Assembly (NCBI GenBank): GCA_050633245.1 | Contig: JBOEGD010000002.1 | Span: 55,006-119,005, forward strand | Length of the DNA: 64,000 nt | Source of the DNA: Calditrichia bacterium | GTDB lineage: Bacteria > Calditrichota > Calditrichia > RBG-13-44-9 > J075 | Reading direction: 5' to 3' | Shown: piece by piece, positions 27,502 to 37,211 of the stretch | Numbering within the stretch: position 1 is the first letter of the stretch | Layout: each line of letters starts with the position of its first letter | Program-made: the position numbers and the translations under genes | Notes under the pieces: generated by a model | Told to the model about the DNA's origin: nothing | Seen by the model: only the letters and a program-made list of their open reading frames with translations | The model's database searches: none

Positions 27502-28584
27502 CTAAAACAGATTGTCCAATCGCTTTTTGGCAATCGACTGTAATGCAAGTCCACACAGCAAGCGCGCAGTGTCACCGAAATGCGCCAGCCGTTTATCATC
27601 TGATTTTCCAATTTTATAGCGATAGTAAAGCTGCTGAATAACAATCGCCATCTTAAATAAGCTAACGGCAAAGTAGAATACAAAATCACCTTCTTTACCA
27701 CCGCTACGCTTTAAATACATCTCCACCAGCTCCGCTCGCGTAAATGCACTTGAAATGGTCGGTGGAATCATGGTCATCTTGGAAACATCATCGGCATCCT
27801 GTGGACGCACCCATAGCGCCAAACTGGTTCCCAAATCCATCAGCGGATCACCTAACGTGGCCATTTCCCAATCCAATAGTGCTAAAATCTCAGACCAATC
27901 GTCTGCCGAATAGACAATATTATCGAACTTATAGTCGTTATGAATTAAGGAGTGATTACTTTCGGGGATAATATTATTAGCAAGCCACTTAATGAGCTGC
28001 TCAATCTCTTTTACTTCACCTGTCTGAACTGCGCGATAGCGTTTTGTCCAACCATGCACCTGCCGCTCGATATAGCCTTGCGGACGGCCAAGTTCTGCCA
28101 ATCCGGCAGCATCATAATCTACGGCATGAAGCTCAGCCAGCGTATTGATAAACGTCTCTGCAATGGTCGAGATGGTCTTCTCATCGCGGGGCATATCTTT
28201 CGGAAGTCGCTTGCGCATGATGATGCCTCGAACACGCTGCATGCCATAGAACGGCACTCCGATGACCGACTCATCTTCACAAAAGAAATACGGTTCCGGC
28301 ACTTTTTTAAACACGGGATGCAGATGAGACATTACGCGATATTCACGTCCCATATCATGACCGGATTTGATCTTTATGCCGCGCGGAGGATGCCGCAAAA
28401 CAATCTCATCCCCCGCCACATCGATTTGAAACGTCAGATTGGAGTGTCCACCAGGAAACTGCTTTACGCTCAGCTCGCTATCCCACTCCGGTCGCATTCC
28501 AGCCAGGTATTTTTGCAGTGCACCGACATCAAACTCCGATTCCTGGCGAATATCTCCGGCAGCATCAATCCAGTTATCAGACAT
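27502..28584 (-). CDS. APH-family phosphotransferase (ACAD10/11 kinase-domain / LvaA-like)
   Basis: QFPGGHSNLT, HDMGREY, LIHNDYKFDN and LDWEMATLGDPLMDLG. Confidence 0.9.
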   Translation of the reverse strand: MSDNWIDAAGDIRQESEFDVGALQKYLAGMRPEWDSELSVKQFPGGHSNLTFQIDVAGDEIVLRHPPRGIKIKSGHDMGREYRVMSHLHPVFKKVPEPYFFCEDESVIGVPFYGMQRVRGIIMRKRLPKDMPRDEKTISTIAETFINTLAELHAVDYDAAGLAELGRPQGYIERQVHGWTKRYRAVQTGEVKEIEQLIKWLANNIIPESNHSLIHNDYKFDNIVYSADDWSEILALLDWEMATLGDPLMDLGTSLALWVRPQDADDVSKMTMIPPTISSAFTRAELVEMYLKRSGGKEGDFVFYFAVSLFKMAIVIQQLYYRYKIGKSDDKRLAHFGDTARLLCGLALQSIAKKRLDNLF

Positions 28585-29781
28585 TTATATTTTTACTCCA
28601 TACTGCTTCAAAATCTGTCGGGCAACACTGCTCTTATGTGCTTCATCCGGGCCATCGTAAATGCGCGAGGCGCGTTCATGCCGCCACCAGCTTGCCAACA
28701 CAATATCATCACTCATACCGAGTGATCCATGTATCTGCAGGGCTCTATCCATCACATCACAAAGAATTTTTGAGCAGAAAAACTTGATAGTCGAAATCTC
28801 AATACGTGCCTTGTAAACGCCCACAGCGTCCATCTTCTTTGCAGCTTCCAAAACCATCAGTCGTGCGGCCTGAATTTCGGCCTGAGACTCGGCGATCCAG
28901 TTCTGAATCGTCTGCTTGCTCGCCAGCGGCACGCCGGGAGAAATCTCGCGTGTTGCCGCGCGCTTGCACATCATATCAAAAACGCGTTTACAGATGCCAA
29001 GCCAGCGCATACAGTGATGGATTCGTCCGGGCCCCAAACGTCCCTGGGCAATTTTAAAACCGGCACCACGTTCGCCAATCAGATTCTCTTTTGGCACGCG
29101 ACAGTTGGTATAGCGCATTTCCGAGTGACTCCCCCACCCCAGACCGGCATCTCCCATAACTGGAATGTTGCGAACAACTTCATAGCCTGGTGTATCCGCG
29201 GGAACGATGACCATGCTGGCACGCTTATGCGGCACCTCGGCATCAGGATCGGTAACACACATGACGATTGCAAAAGCAGCACCGTCGGCACTTGACGTAT
29301 ACCACTTGTGCCCGTTTACAATCCATTCATCGCCATCCAAAACAGCGGTTGTTCCCATATTCACCGGATTGGAGCCGGCAAAGTCTTTTTCGGTCATCGA
29401 GAAGCAAGAACGCGTGTTCCCCAAAACCAGCGGCTTTAACCACTTTTCCTGCTGTGCGGGTGTGCCATGTTCAATCAGCACTTCCATGTTTCCTGCATCT
29501 GGCGCCTGTGCATTGAAGACGTAGTGTCCGAACGGACTTTGCCCCATCACCTCACTTAGCAAACCATGATCGAAAACAGAAAGGCCAAAACCGCCAAAAT
29601 GATTTTCAATTTGCGGAGTCCAGAGCCCGAGCGCCTTCACCTTTTCGCGAAGCCCTTCGAGCCTGGCATGTAACTCGGCATCCATATGGTGTATAGAATA
29701 TTTCTCTTCCAGAGGAAAAAGTTCTTCTTCTACGAAGGCTTGCGCCTTTTGCAAAACGTCTTCAATTTTGTAGGGCATCAA
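28585..29781 (-). CDS. Acyl-CoA dehydrogenase (ACAD10/11 / LvaC / FadE2-like)
   Basis: NAQAPDAGNMEVL, CFSMTE, NGHKWYTS, AQGRLGPGRIHHCMR and RIYDGPDEAH. Confidence 0.93.
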   Translation of the reverse strand: MMPYKIEDVLQKAQAFVEEELFPLEEKYSIHHMDAELHARLEGLREKVKALGLWTPQIENHFGGFGLSVFDHGLLSEVMGQSPFGHYVFNAQAPDAGNMEVLIEHGTPAQQEKWLKPLVLGNTRSCFSMTEKDFAGSNPVNMGTTAVLDGDEWIVNGHKWYTSSADGAAFAIVMCVTDPDAEVPHKRASMVIVPADTPGYEVVRNIPVMGDAGLGWGSHSEMRYTNCRVPKENLIGERGAGFKIAQGRLGPGRIHHCMRWLGICKRVFDMMCKRAATREISPGVPLASKQTIQNWIAESQAEIQAARLMVLEAAKKMDAVGVYKARIEISTIKFFCSKILCDVMDRALQIHGSLGMSDDIVLASWWRHERASRIYDGPDEAHKSSVARQILKQYGVKI

Positions 29782-29905
29782 TTTGTCCAGGTTTAAGTTT
29801 TATGCATGCAATTTACCACGGGAGGAATGAATGGCTTGGCACTTCGACTCTGCTCAGTGAGACAAAAAGACTAGCCAAACCCTCACTTGCTATTTCATAT
29901 CGCTA

Positions 29906-30715
29906 TCAATCTTTAAAAACGGGCTTGCGCTTTTCCATATTCGCCTGAAAAGCTTCCATCAGGTCGTCGGAAAGCAGCATTGAGGCGTTCCAGGCCACCA
30001 TATAGTTTAGCGACTCGTCCACGCTATGGTCACGCGTATAGAGCAATATTTCTTTGGTTCCACGGATGCAAAGTGGCGATTTGGCAGCAATCGTTGCAGC
30101 AATCCCGGTAACATCTGCCATCATCGCTTCCTTGTTTGCATAGACACGATTCACCAGGCCAATATCCTTTGCCTCTTTGCCATCTACATTGCGCCCGGTA
30201 TAGGCCATTTCTGCCGCCATTCCCGGAGAAATAATTTTAGGAAGTCTCTGCAGAGTACCGATATCAGCGACTAAACCAAGATCAATTTCCTTGATGCAGA
30301 AATAAGCATCTTCCGTACAGTAGCGCATATCGCATGCGGCAACAATATCAACTGCGCCACCAATACATCCTTTGTGGATAGCGGCGAGCACCGGCTTACG
30401 ACAATTTTCAATCGCAGTAATAGCGTGTTGAAGTTTGAAGATAAACTCCCGGATCTTTTCGCGTTTTCTGCCTTCACATGTAATGCTCTGATACTTCTGC
30501 ATATCCATCAAAACGGATAGATCAATTCCGGCGCAGAAATGTTTTCCCTCACCACTGAGAACAATTGCCCGCACGCTGCTATCTTCGTGAAGCGCCTCGA
30601 AAACGGCCTTTAGCTCTTCCCAGGCCTTTACATGAAGCGAGTTTGCCTTCTCGGGACGGTTGAATGCAACCTGAGCAATATGGTTTTCTATGGTAACTGA
30701 AAATGATTCATACAT
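29906..30715 (-). CDS. Crotonase-family protein (ECH1 / delta3,5-delta2,4-dienoyl-CoA isomerase-like)
   Basis: GKHFCAGIDL, GCIGGAVD and KEIDLGLVADIGTLQRLP. Confidence 0.88.
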   Translation of the reverse strand: MYESFSVTIENHIAQVAFNRPEKANSLHVKAWEELKAVFEALHEDSSVRAIVLSGEGKHFCAGIDLSVLMDMQKYQSITCEGRKREKIREFIFKLQHAITAIENCRKPVLAAIHKGCIGGAVDIVAACDMRYCTEDAYFCIKEIDLGLVADIGTLQRLPKIISPGMAAEMAYTGRNVDGKEAKDIGLVNRVYANKEAMMADVTGIAATIAAKSPLCIRGTKEILLYTRDHSVDESLNYMVAWNASMLLSDDLMEAFQANMEKRKPVFKD

Positions 30716-30719
30716 GGTC

Positions 30720-31709
30720 TTATCCCTCTTCATTCATCACAATAATGGCCTTGCCCATCACCTGTCGCTTCGTCATATCAATTAAAGCCTGAGGCGCATT
30801 GGCGAGTGGGTATTTCTTATGGATATGCGGTTTTATTTTTCCCTCAGAAAAGAGCTGCAGCAATTCTATGCTATTCTTCATACCGTTTCCAGGCTCATGC
30901 TTCATCATAAAATCACCAAAGAAAACTCCGACAATTTCGCAACCTTTCAACAGCGCCAGATTTAAAGGGATTTTCGGAATATCACCCGCTGCAAACCCAA
31001 CGACTAAAAAGCGGCCTTTCCACGCCATTGTTCGCAGTGCAGCTTCGGAATATTCGCCACCAACCGGATCGTAAACAACATCTACACCTTTACCATCAGT
31101 TAGCGCCTTAACGCGACTCTTTAAATCTTCGGACGAATAGTTGATTATTTCATCTGCCCCATACTGTTTACATAGCTCCAGCTTCTCAGGAGTAGACGCA
31201 GCAGCAATTACCCGCGCGCCCATCATCTTGCCCAATTCAACCGCAGTTAGCCCAACCCCGCCGGACGCGCCAAGAACCAGCAGCGTTTCGCCGGGCTGAA
31301 TTTTTGCACGATCTTTCAGCGCATGATAGGATGTGCCATAAGCCAGCATAAATGACGCGGCCGTAACGAAATCCATTCCATCGGGTACTGGAAAGCAGCT
31401 CTTTTCATCAATAAGGACCTCTTCAGCAAAGCCACCATAGATAACAACGCCGAAAACGCGGTCACCCATTTTATAGCGTGTTACCCCCTCCCCTACTTCT
31501 TTAACGATTCCGGCAACATCACCACCGGGTGAAAACGGTGGTTCGGGACGAAACTGATACTTTCCCTGAATTATCAGCGTATCCGGGAAATTAACACCGC
31601 ATGCTTTCAGCTCAAGCAGAAGCTGCCCGGCAGCGGGTTTGGGAGACGGAATATCTTCAAGTACCAAAGATTCTGGCGGACCATAAGATTTACAAAGAAC
31701 AGCTTTCAT
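30720..31709 (-). CDS. NADPH:quinone oxidoreductase (MDR/zeta-crystallin family)
   Basis: GVNFPD, YGTSYHAL, LVLGASGGVG and DVVYDPVGG. Confidence 0.92.
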   Translation of the reverse strand: MKAVLCKSYGPPESLVLEDIPSPKPAAGQLLLELKACGVNFPDTLIIQGKYQFRPEPPFSPGGDVAGIVKEVGEGVTRYKMGDRVFGVVIYGGFAEEVLIDEKSCFPVPDGMDFVTAASFMLAYGTSYHALKDRAKIQPGETLLVLGASGGVGLTAVELGKMMGARVIAAASTPEKLELCKQYGADEIINYSSEDLKSRVKALTDGKGVDVVYDPVGGEYSEAALRTMAWKGRFLVVGFAAGDIPKIPLNLALLKGCEIVGVFFGDFMMKHEPGNGMKNSIELLQLFSEGKIKPHIHKKYPLANAPQALIDMTKRQVMGKAIIVMNEEG

Positions 31710-31750
31710 TGTGATCTCAAATTTCGTTTAAAACTTTCACTTAATTTAGT

Positions 31751-31822
31751 CTTGTCACATCGAGCGGAGTCGAGGTGCCTTAAAAATAATCACAAGGGCT
31801 TCCACTTCGCTCAATCGGACAG
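31751..31822. repeat. Dispersed ~65-bp inverted-repeat element (copy of 13026-13090 family)
   Basis: tcacatcgagcggagtcgaggtgc...cacttcgctcaatcggac aligns with 13026-13090. Confidence 0.65.
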
Positions 31823-31865
31823 CTTTTTGCATCGCCTTTTAGTCTATTTATACTGGTCGAGCAGC

Positions 31866-32162
31866 TTATGAAAAAATTTCCTGTAGCTTCATCGCGGCAC
31901 TCATGTCACCATCAATATTTACGCGTCCGCCCATTACGGCAGAAATCGGATTCAGGTCCCCACCCATCATTTCACCGAGCGTTGCCATATCCGTGGTGAT
32001 CGTGCAGTTTGCAGCATTGTCTTCAGCCGAAACAATATTGGCCTCACCACCACCGTCTATAAAAATAACGTTTCCGTCTAATACCATTTTAATTGTCGTT
32101 CCCAGTGGCTCAATAGATGCCGCTTTTTTAGAAACCTGATCTTTCAATTCATCGATAGTCAT
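31866..32162 (-). CDS. SCP2 sterol/lipid-binding domain protein
   Basis: GDLNPISAVMGGRVNIDGDMSAAMKL motif. Confidence 0.9.
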   Translation of the reverse strand: MTIDELKDQVSKKAASIEPLGTTIKMVLDGNVIFIDGGGEANIVSAEDNAANCTITTDMATLGEMMGGDLNPISAVMGGRVNIDGDMSAAMKLQEIFS

Positions 32163-32198
32163 ACAACTCTCCCATTCGTTAAGCGTAGTAGTGTAAAA

Positions 32199-32972
32199 TT
32201 ATTCTCCGCGAAAGTTCGCCTTGCGTTTCTGAAGAAATGCCATGACGCCTTCCAGAAAATCTTTAGATCGTCCATTGTGTCCCTGATTCACCGCTTCCAT
32301 ATCCAAAACATCTTCCAGACTCCCCTCTTCAGCAACCCGTGCATTTTTCTTGGTTGCCGCAAGTGCCATCGAGGGGCCGGTTGCCAGAAAGTCAGTCATT
32401 TTTGCTACCGCCTCAGCCAGATTTTCCTTTGGATACGCTGCGTTTACAATTCCAATCTCGGCAGCTTTCTCACCGGAAATCATTTCGGCGGTCATCATCA
32501 TTTCCAACGCTCTGTGATAGCCCAGGCGCTGCACCAGAAAGTAACTTCCCCCACCATCAGCAGAAAGTCCAATTTGCGTAAAGATCATGCTCATGCGACA
32601 ATCATTTGCAACATACACAAGATCGCATGCCAGCGCGTAGCTAAATCCGACTCCAACGCAAACGCCTTCGACCTGCGCAATAATCGGCTTGGGGCAGTTG
32701 CGCATTGCCATAATAAGCGGGTTGTGATAGGTTCGCAGATCATCCTCTAAATCCAGTTTAGACAGGTCACGGGCTCCTTTTAAAGAAGCACCAGCACTGA
32801 AGTTTCCATCGACCCCCTTAAGCACGATTACTTTACAATCGTCCTCATAGCAACTCAGCACAGCAGCTTTTAACTCGGTAAGAAGTTGATTGGTTAGAGC
32901 GTTTTTTTCGGTGGGGTTATCAATAGATAAAGTAGTGATAAAATTTTCTTTGGAAATCAGGATGCCTGCCAT
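32199..32972 (-). CDS. Enoyl-CoA hydratase/isomerase (PaaG-like)
   Basis: NFSAGASL, GVCVGVGFSYALACD, FTQIGLSADGGGS and DFLEGVMAFLQKRK. Start at ATG 32972 after GAGG. Confidence 0.88.
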   Translation of the reverse strand: MAGILISKENFITTLSIDNPTEKNALTNQLLTELKAAVLSCYEDDCKVIVLKGVDGNFSAGASLKGARDLSKLDLEDDLRTYHNPLIMAMRNCPKPIIAQVEGVCVGVGFSYALACDLVYVANDCRMSMIFTQIGLSADGGGSYFLVQRLGYHRALEMMMTAEMISGEKAAEIGIVNAAYPKENLAEAVAKMTDFLATGPSMALAATKKNARVAEEGSLEDVLDMEAVNQGHNGRSKDFLEGVMAFLQKRKANFRGE

Positions 32973-33021
32973 AAGAACCTCGGTAAAATTGACGTTTTTA
33001 AACATCGTTCAATTTCACTGA

Positions 33022-33068
33022 AAAAGCAAAGCCTTTTGCCATAGATTTACTCTAAAGCAAAAGGCTTG
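33022..33068 (-). terminator. Probable terminator after ahcY
   Basis: AAGCCTTTTGC ... GCAAAAGGCTT inverted repeat with a T-run on the minus strand. Confidence 0.6.
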
Positions 33069-33099
33069 CGTTCAAACGGCCTTAAAAACTTAACTGCTT

Positions 33100-34413
33100 T
33101 TAATAGCGATAGTGTTCCGGCTTGAATGGGCCTTCCTTCTTCACGCCGATATAATCAGCCTGTTCATCGCTAAGCTCTTCGAGCTCAACACCAATCTTGG
33201 CAAGATGCAATCGTGCAACCTGCTCATCGAGGTGCTTCGGCAGCATATATACCTTGTTCTCATAGCGATCACTATGTTCCCACAGCTCTAGCTGAGCGAG
33301 AACCTGGTTGGTGAAGGAGTTCGACATTACAAATGACGGGTGACCAGTTGCACAACCAAGATTCACCAGACGGCCTTCGGCAAGAACGATAATGTCGTTG
33401 CCATCAACAGTATATTTGTCTACTTGCGGCTTAATCTCAACCTTGGAATCGCCATACGTACCGTTCAACCAGGCCATATCAATTTCATTATCGAAGTGTC
33501 CAATGTTACAAACAATGGTTTTATCTCCCATCAGGCGGAAGTGTTCTTCGCTGATGATATCCTTGTTGCCCGTTGCAGTTACAACAATATTAGCTTCAGC
33601 AAGTGCCTTCTTCATTGTCGTTACTTCGAATCCGTCCATAGCGGCCTGAAGCGCACAAATCGGATCGATCTCAGTTACGATAACTCGGCAACCTGCGCCA
33701 CGCAGTGAAGCGGCAGATCCCTTACCTACGTCGCCATATCCACCAACAACAGCAACCTTACCTGCCATCATTATGTCTGTTGCACGACGAATAGCATCTA
33801 CGCAAGACTCTTTACAGCCATACTTGTTATCGAATTTCGATTTGGTAACCGAATCATTGATGTTGATAGCAGGGATAGTCAACGTTCCGTTTGCCACGCG
33901 CTCATATAGGCGGTGCACACCGGTCGTTGTTTCTTCACTAAGTCCTTTAATCCCGCCAACCAGCTCCGGATGATGATCCAAAACCATGTTGGTGAGGTCG
34001 CCACCGTCATCAAGAATCATGTTCAACGGCTTGCCGTCTTCAAATGCAAATAGCGTCTGAGCGATACACCAGTCGAATTCCTCTTCGTTCATGCCTTTCC
34101 AGGCATAAACCGGAATACCGGCTTCCGCAATAGCGGCAGCAGCATGATCCTGAGTGGAAAAGATATTACAGGAAGACCAGGAAACTTCAGCTCCCAGTTC
34201 AAGAAGGGTTTCAATCAGTACGGCAGTCTGAATGGTCATGTGCAGACAACCGGCAATACGAGCGCCTTTCAGCGGCTTGCTTTCGCGATACTGCTTACGA
34301 AGAGCCATCAGGCCTGGCATCTCGGCTTCGGCCAATTCAATTTCAAGTCTACCCCAATTGGCAAGGGAAATATCCTTGACTTTGTAGGCTAATTTTTCGG
34401 TAATAGCGTCCAT
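33100..34413 (-). CDS. ahcY: Adenosylhomocysteinase
   Basis: [38 protein letters not shown] and [18 protein letters not shown]. Confidence 0.99.
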   Translation of the reverse strand: MDAITEKLAYKVKDISLANWGRLEIELAEAEMPGLMALRKQYRESKPLKGARIAGCLHMTIQTAVLIETLLELGAEVSWSSCNIFSTQDHAAAAIAEAGIPVYAWKGMNEEEFDWCIAQTLFAFEDGKPLNMILDDGGDLTNMVLDHHPELVGGIKGLSEETTTGVHRLYERVANGTLTIPAININDSVTKSKFDNKYGCKESCVDAIRRATDIMMAGKVAVVGGYGDVGKGSAASLRGAGCRVIVTEIDPICALQAAMDGFEVTTMKKALAEANIVVTATGNKDIISEEHFRLMGDKTIVCNIGHFDNEIDMAWLNGTYGDSKVEIKPQVDKYTVDGNDIIVLAEGRLVNLGCATGHPSFVMSNSFTNQVLAQLELWEHSDRYENKVYMLPKHLDEQVARLHLAKIGVELEELSDEQADYIGVKKEGPFKPEHYRY

Positions 34414-34554
34414 CTCTCTATCTCCAGTTTATATTTATATTGATCAAGTTTGACAATTTTTTGTTTCGAATAAATAAGATAAAAAACTTTTAAACAAAGC
34501 TCAAAAGGTAAAAAAAATGTACGGGAGGAATCGTTCAGGAAGCGGTTTGTGAGG

Positions 34555-35301
34555 TTAGTCGCGCATTAGCTGGAATTTTTCGCCAAGGTAAAGTTTGCGT
34601 GCTTCTTCGTCATTTGCCAAAAATTCACTGCTTCCATCTTTCAGAACACGGCCCTCGAACATCAAATAGGCATGATCGGTAATGGAAAGCGTTTCATGAA
34701 CATTATGATCGGTTATCAGAATACCAATGTTTTTTTCGCGCAGCTTACGCACGATCCCTTGAATATCCTGAACGGCTATCGGGTCGACACCAGCAAAGGG
34801 TTCATCAAGCAAAATAAACTTCGGCTCATTAACCAGCGCACGGGCTATCTCGGTACGTCTGCGCTCGCCACCGGAAAGGTTATACCCCTTGTTGTCGGCA
34901 ATATGCGTGATGCGAAGTTCTTCCAACAGCTCATCGCAGCGCTGCATGCGTTTGGCTTTCGGGAATTTCAGCGCCTCCATAATTGCCAACAGGTTTTCAC
35001 GAACCGAGAGCTTGCGAAAGATAGATGCTTCCTGCGGTAGATACGACATGCCCAAACGCGCTCGTTTGTACATAGCCAAGCTGGTAATGTCTTTGTCATC
35101 CAGCTTAATAGCGCCTTTATTGGGGGGAATCAACCCGGAGATCATGTAGAAAGTTGTGGTTTTACCCGCGCCATTTGGTCCGAGAAGACCAACAATTTGC
35201 CCCTGCTGCACGGATATGCTAACCTGATTAACTACGGTGCGTTTACCGTAGATTTTTACCAGGTTATCCGATTGAAGTATGCTTGTTGTCGTTTCATTCA
35301 T
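34555..35301 (-). CDS. lptB: LPS export ABC transporter ATPase
   Basis: GPNGAGKTT, YLPQEASIFRKL, LSGGERRR, LLDEPFAGVDP and ITDHNV. Confidence 0.98.
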   Translation of the reverse strand: MNETTTSILQSDNLVKIYGKRTVVNQVSISVQQGQIVGLLGPNGAGKTTTFYMISGLIPPNKGAIKLDDKDITSLAMYKRARLGMSYLPQEASIFRKLSVRENLLAIMEALKFPKAKRMQRCDELLEELRITHIADNKGYNLSGGERRRTEIARALVNEPKFILLDEPFAGVDPIAVQDIQGIVRKLREKNIGILITDHNVHETLSITDHAYLMFEGRVLKDGSSEFLANDEEARKLYLGEKFQLMRD

Positions 35302-35366
35302 GGCAAATTGCTCTGTTTAAATAGTTGCTGAAGATACATAATTCAGACGCAGATTGTAAGGAAAGA

Positions 35367-36464
35367 TTAATATTCCGTTTCAACTTTTCCCTTAAAATCT
35401 TCCGGATAATAAATCCCCTGCGAACCACCTTGCACACCAATTCGACTCAGATCGCCTTCTTTAAAGTAGATCCGGATGGTATCAGCGGAAGCGGTATTTA
35501 TGCCCTGTCCGGTTCCATCATCTTCAAGATAGTAAATGCTTCGAGCATTATCGCTCGCTCGCATTTCTTCGACGATGCTTCCCTTTATGAAAGCAAAGAT
35601 TTGCTTACCGCTAAGCATGTTGGTCTTCCCGGTAAGTGAATCGGCCAGGGACGTGGCTATTGCTTTTCCGGTTACTTCAATTCGCTGGATTTTCATCTCT
35701 GTAAAAAAAAGTGAAATTTGATCTCCCTTCAGCAGGTTTTCTTCCTGCTGAGCTTGCGGGTTGACGCTAAGATCGGCCTGTTCCTTATTGCGGTAATAAA
35801 TAGCCGAGTCACAATTTGCGACCAGGCCTTGCCGTTCAATAACAACATTTCCTCTGGCAATTGCCTCAGACCGTGGAGCAAAAAAGTATTCGAGGAATTT
35901 GCCGCGGATATGCAGCGTATCGCTTCCAGTGCTGTCTACCTGCATCAGATGGGCTTTTTCTTCAACGAGACAGCGGTTTTCCAATGGGCGATAATCGCCT
36001 TTTTCCGAGCGAATTGTCGTTCGCGATCCTTCGTCAACCAGGCGGACATTGGTCTGGGCAAAGGCGCGTTCAGAGTCGTAGTAATATTCAAGGTATTCAG
36101 AGTAAAGTGCTCGTCCCGGCTCCCAGACATGCACATCTTTTTTCGCAATCGCAAGTTTACGGCGGGAAAAGTAGGTTACCTCTTTGGCGGTCATCGTCTC
36201 TTTATTGCGGAGAATACGCACGTTACCGGTTAACTCGAGGCGACTTTCATCGGGATAAAATGTCGCAGTATCGCAATATAAATCCACAGTATCCTGGCGA
36301 ACATGTACGTTGCCTTCCAGGATTTTCAATTCCTTGTCGGCGACCTTTAGTCCGCGCGACAGGTCGGCATGAACAAGCTCGAGTCGAGAGTTCTGGGCCA
36401 GAAGAGACGTTGCAAACGACGCCAGAAAAACACATGTAAGAAAGGTAATTTTATGATACATCAT
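35367..36464 (-). CDS. lptA: OstA/LptA-like beta-jellyroll LPS transport protein (long form)
   Basis: Signal peptide, repeated L.GNV...Q..L.CD.A strands, and position between lptC and lptB. Confidence 0.78.
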   Translation of the reverse strand: MMYHKITFLTCVFLASFATSLLAQNSRLELVHADLSRGLKVADKELKILEGNVHVRQDTVDLYCDTATFYPDESRLELTGNVRILRNKETMTAKEVTYFSRRKLAIAKKDVHVWEPGRALYSEYLEYYYDSERAFAQTNVRLVDEGSRTTIRSEKGDYRPLENRCLVEEKAHLMQVDSTGSDTLHIRGKFLEYFFAPRSEAIARGNVVIERQGLVANCDSAIYYRNKEQADLSVNPQAQQEENLLKGDQISLFFTEMKIQRIEVTGKAIATSLADSLTGKTNMLSGKQIFAFIKGSIVEEMRASDNARSIYYLEDDGTGQGINTASADTIRIYFKEGDLSRIGVQGGSQGIYYPEDFKGKVETEY

Positions 36465-37025
36465 CTATCGATCCAACGGCACGCCGCGTTTAGAATGTCC
36501 GCGGGCATTACGAATTTCGTAGTTTGTTAAGTCGGGAGAAGAAATAAAGTTATCGCCAATCAACGTATCGGTATCAGTGGTAATTGTTACCGGCACATCA
36601 CTAACGATCTTCTCTTTCCGGTTGTCCCATTTCAATTCACGGCTTCGTAACACGACCCCACTATCGGAAACGACGATTACATTTCCGGTAGCAACGAGAT
36701 TCTTGGTATTGTTATCGACAACGCCTTTTTCAGCAGTGAGAACAGAGCTGTGCTTGCCATCAGAATCGTAAAAATCGACCTGCACACTGTCTTCTAGATG
36801 CGTTTCGTTTTTCTTGGCATAATTCGCGATATAGCCAGCGGCTATTTGAGCGACTAACTTACCTTTCGAGGTTAGCGTAATATTTGAATCCCAGCTCTCT
36901 TGAACCGGATATTCTTTAGGGGCTCCCTCGGGTTTAGGCTTGTCTTGTTCTTCCTCAGCACCATAGTCCGTGCAGGCTACAGAGAGAAGCATCAAGAATA
37001 AGAATATATATTGTAGTGTTTTCAT
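36465..37025 (-). CDS. lptC: LPS export periplasmic protein LptC (lipoprotein-type)
   Basis: MKTLQYIF..LSVAC lipobox, VDFYD..G..SVLTA..G and L.S.EL.WD. Start placed at 37025; the upstream ORF extension is a translated heptamer repeat. Confidence 0.88.
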   Translation of the reverse strand: MKTLQYIFLFLMLLSVACTDYGAEEEQDKPKPEGAPKEYPVQESWDSNITLTSKGKLVAQIAAGYIANYAKKNETHLEDSVQVDFYDSDGKHSSVLTAEKGVVDNNTKNLVATGNVIVVSDSGVVLRSRELKWDNRKEKIVSDVPVTITTDTDTLIGDNFISSPDLTNYEIRNARGHSKRGVPLDR

Positions 37026-37028
37026 AGT

Positions 37029-37109
37029 ATCGTGAATCGTGAATCGTGAATCGTGAATCGTGAATCGTGAATCGTGAATCGTGAATCGTGAATCGTGAAT
37101 CGTGAATCG
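37029..37109. repeat. Perfect heptamer microsatellite (ATCGTGA)11
   Basis: Counted directly. Ends 3 bp upstream of the lptC ATG. Confidence 0.95.
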
Positions 37110-37176
37110 CAATTTAAGGTTCATCAAAGTGAATCAGGTTGTGTAGCATAATTGGAAATCCTCACCTGACTTGCCG

Positions 37177-37211
37177 CATCAATCATCAATCATCAATCAT
37201 CAATCATCAAT
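37177..37211. repeat. Heptamer repeat (CATCAAT)5
   Basis: Counted directly. Abuts the kdsD stop codon. Confidence 0.92.

Noticed and set aside
37026-37127. N-terminal RFTIHDS-repeat extension of LptC as a real domain
   Set aside because: It is the translation of a heptamer microsatellite. The lipoprotein signal peptide begins at 37025.
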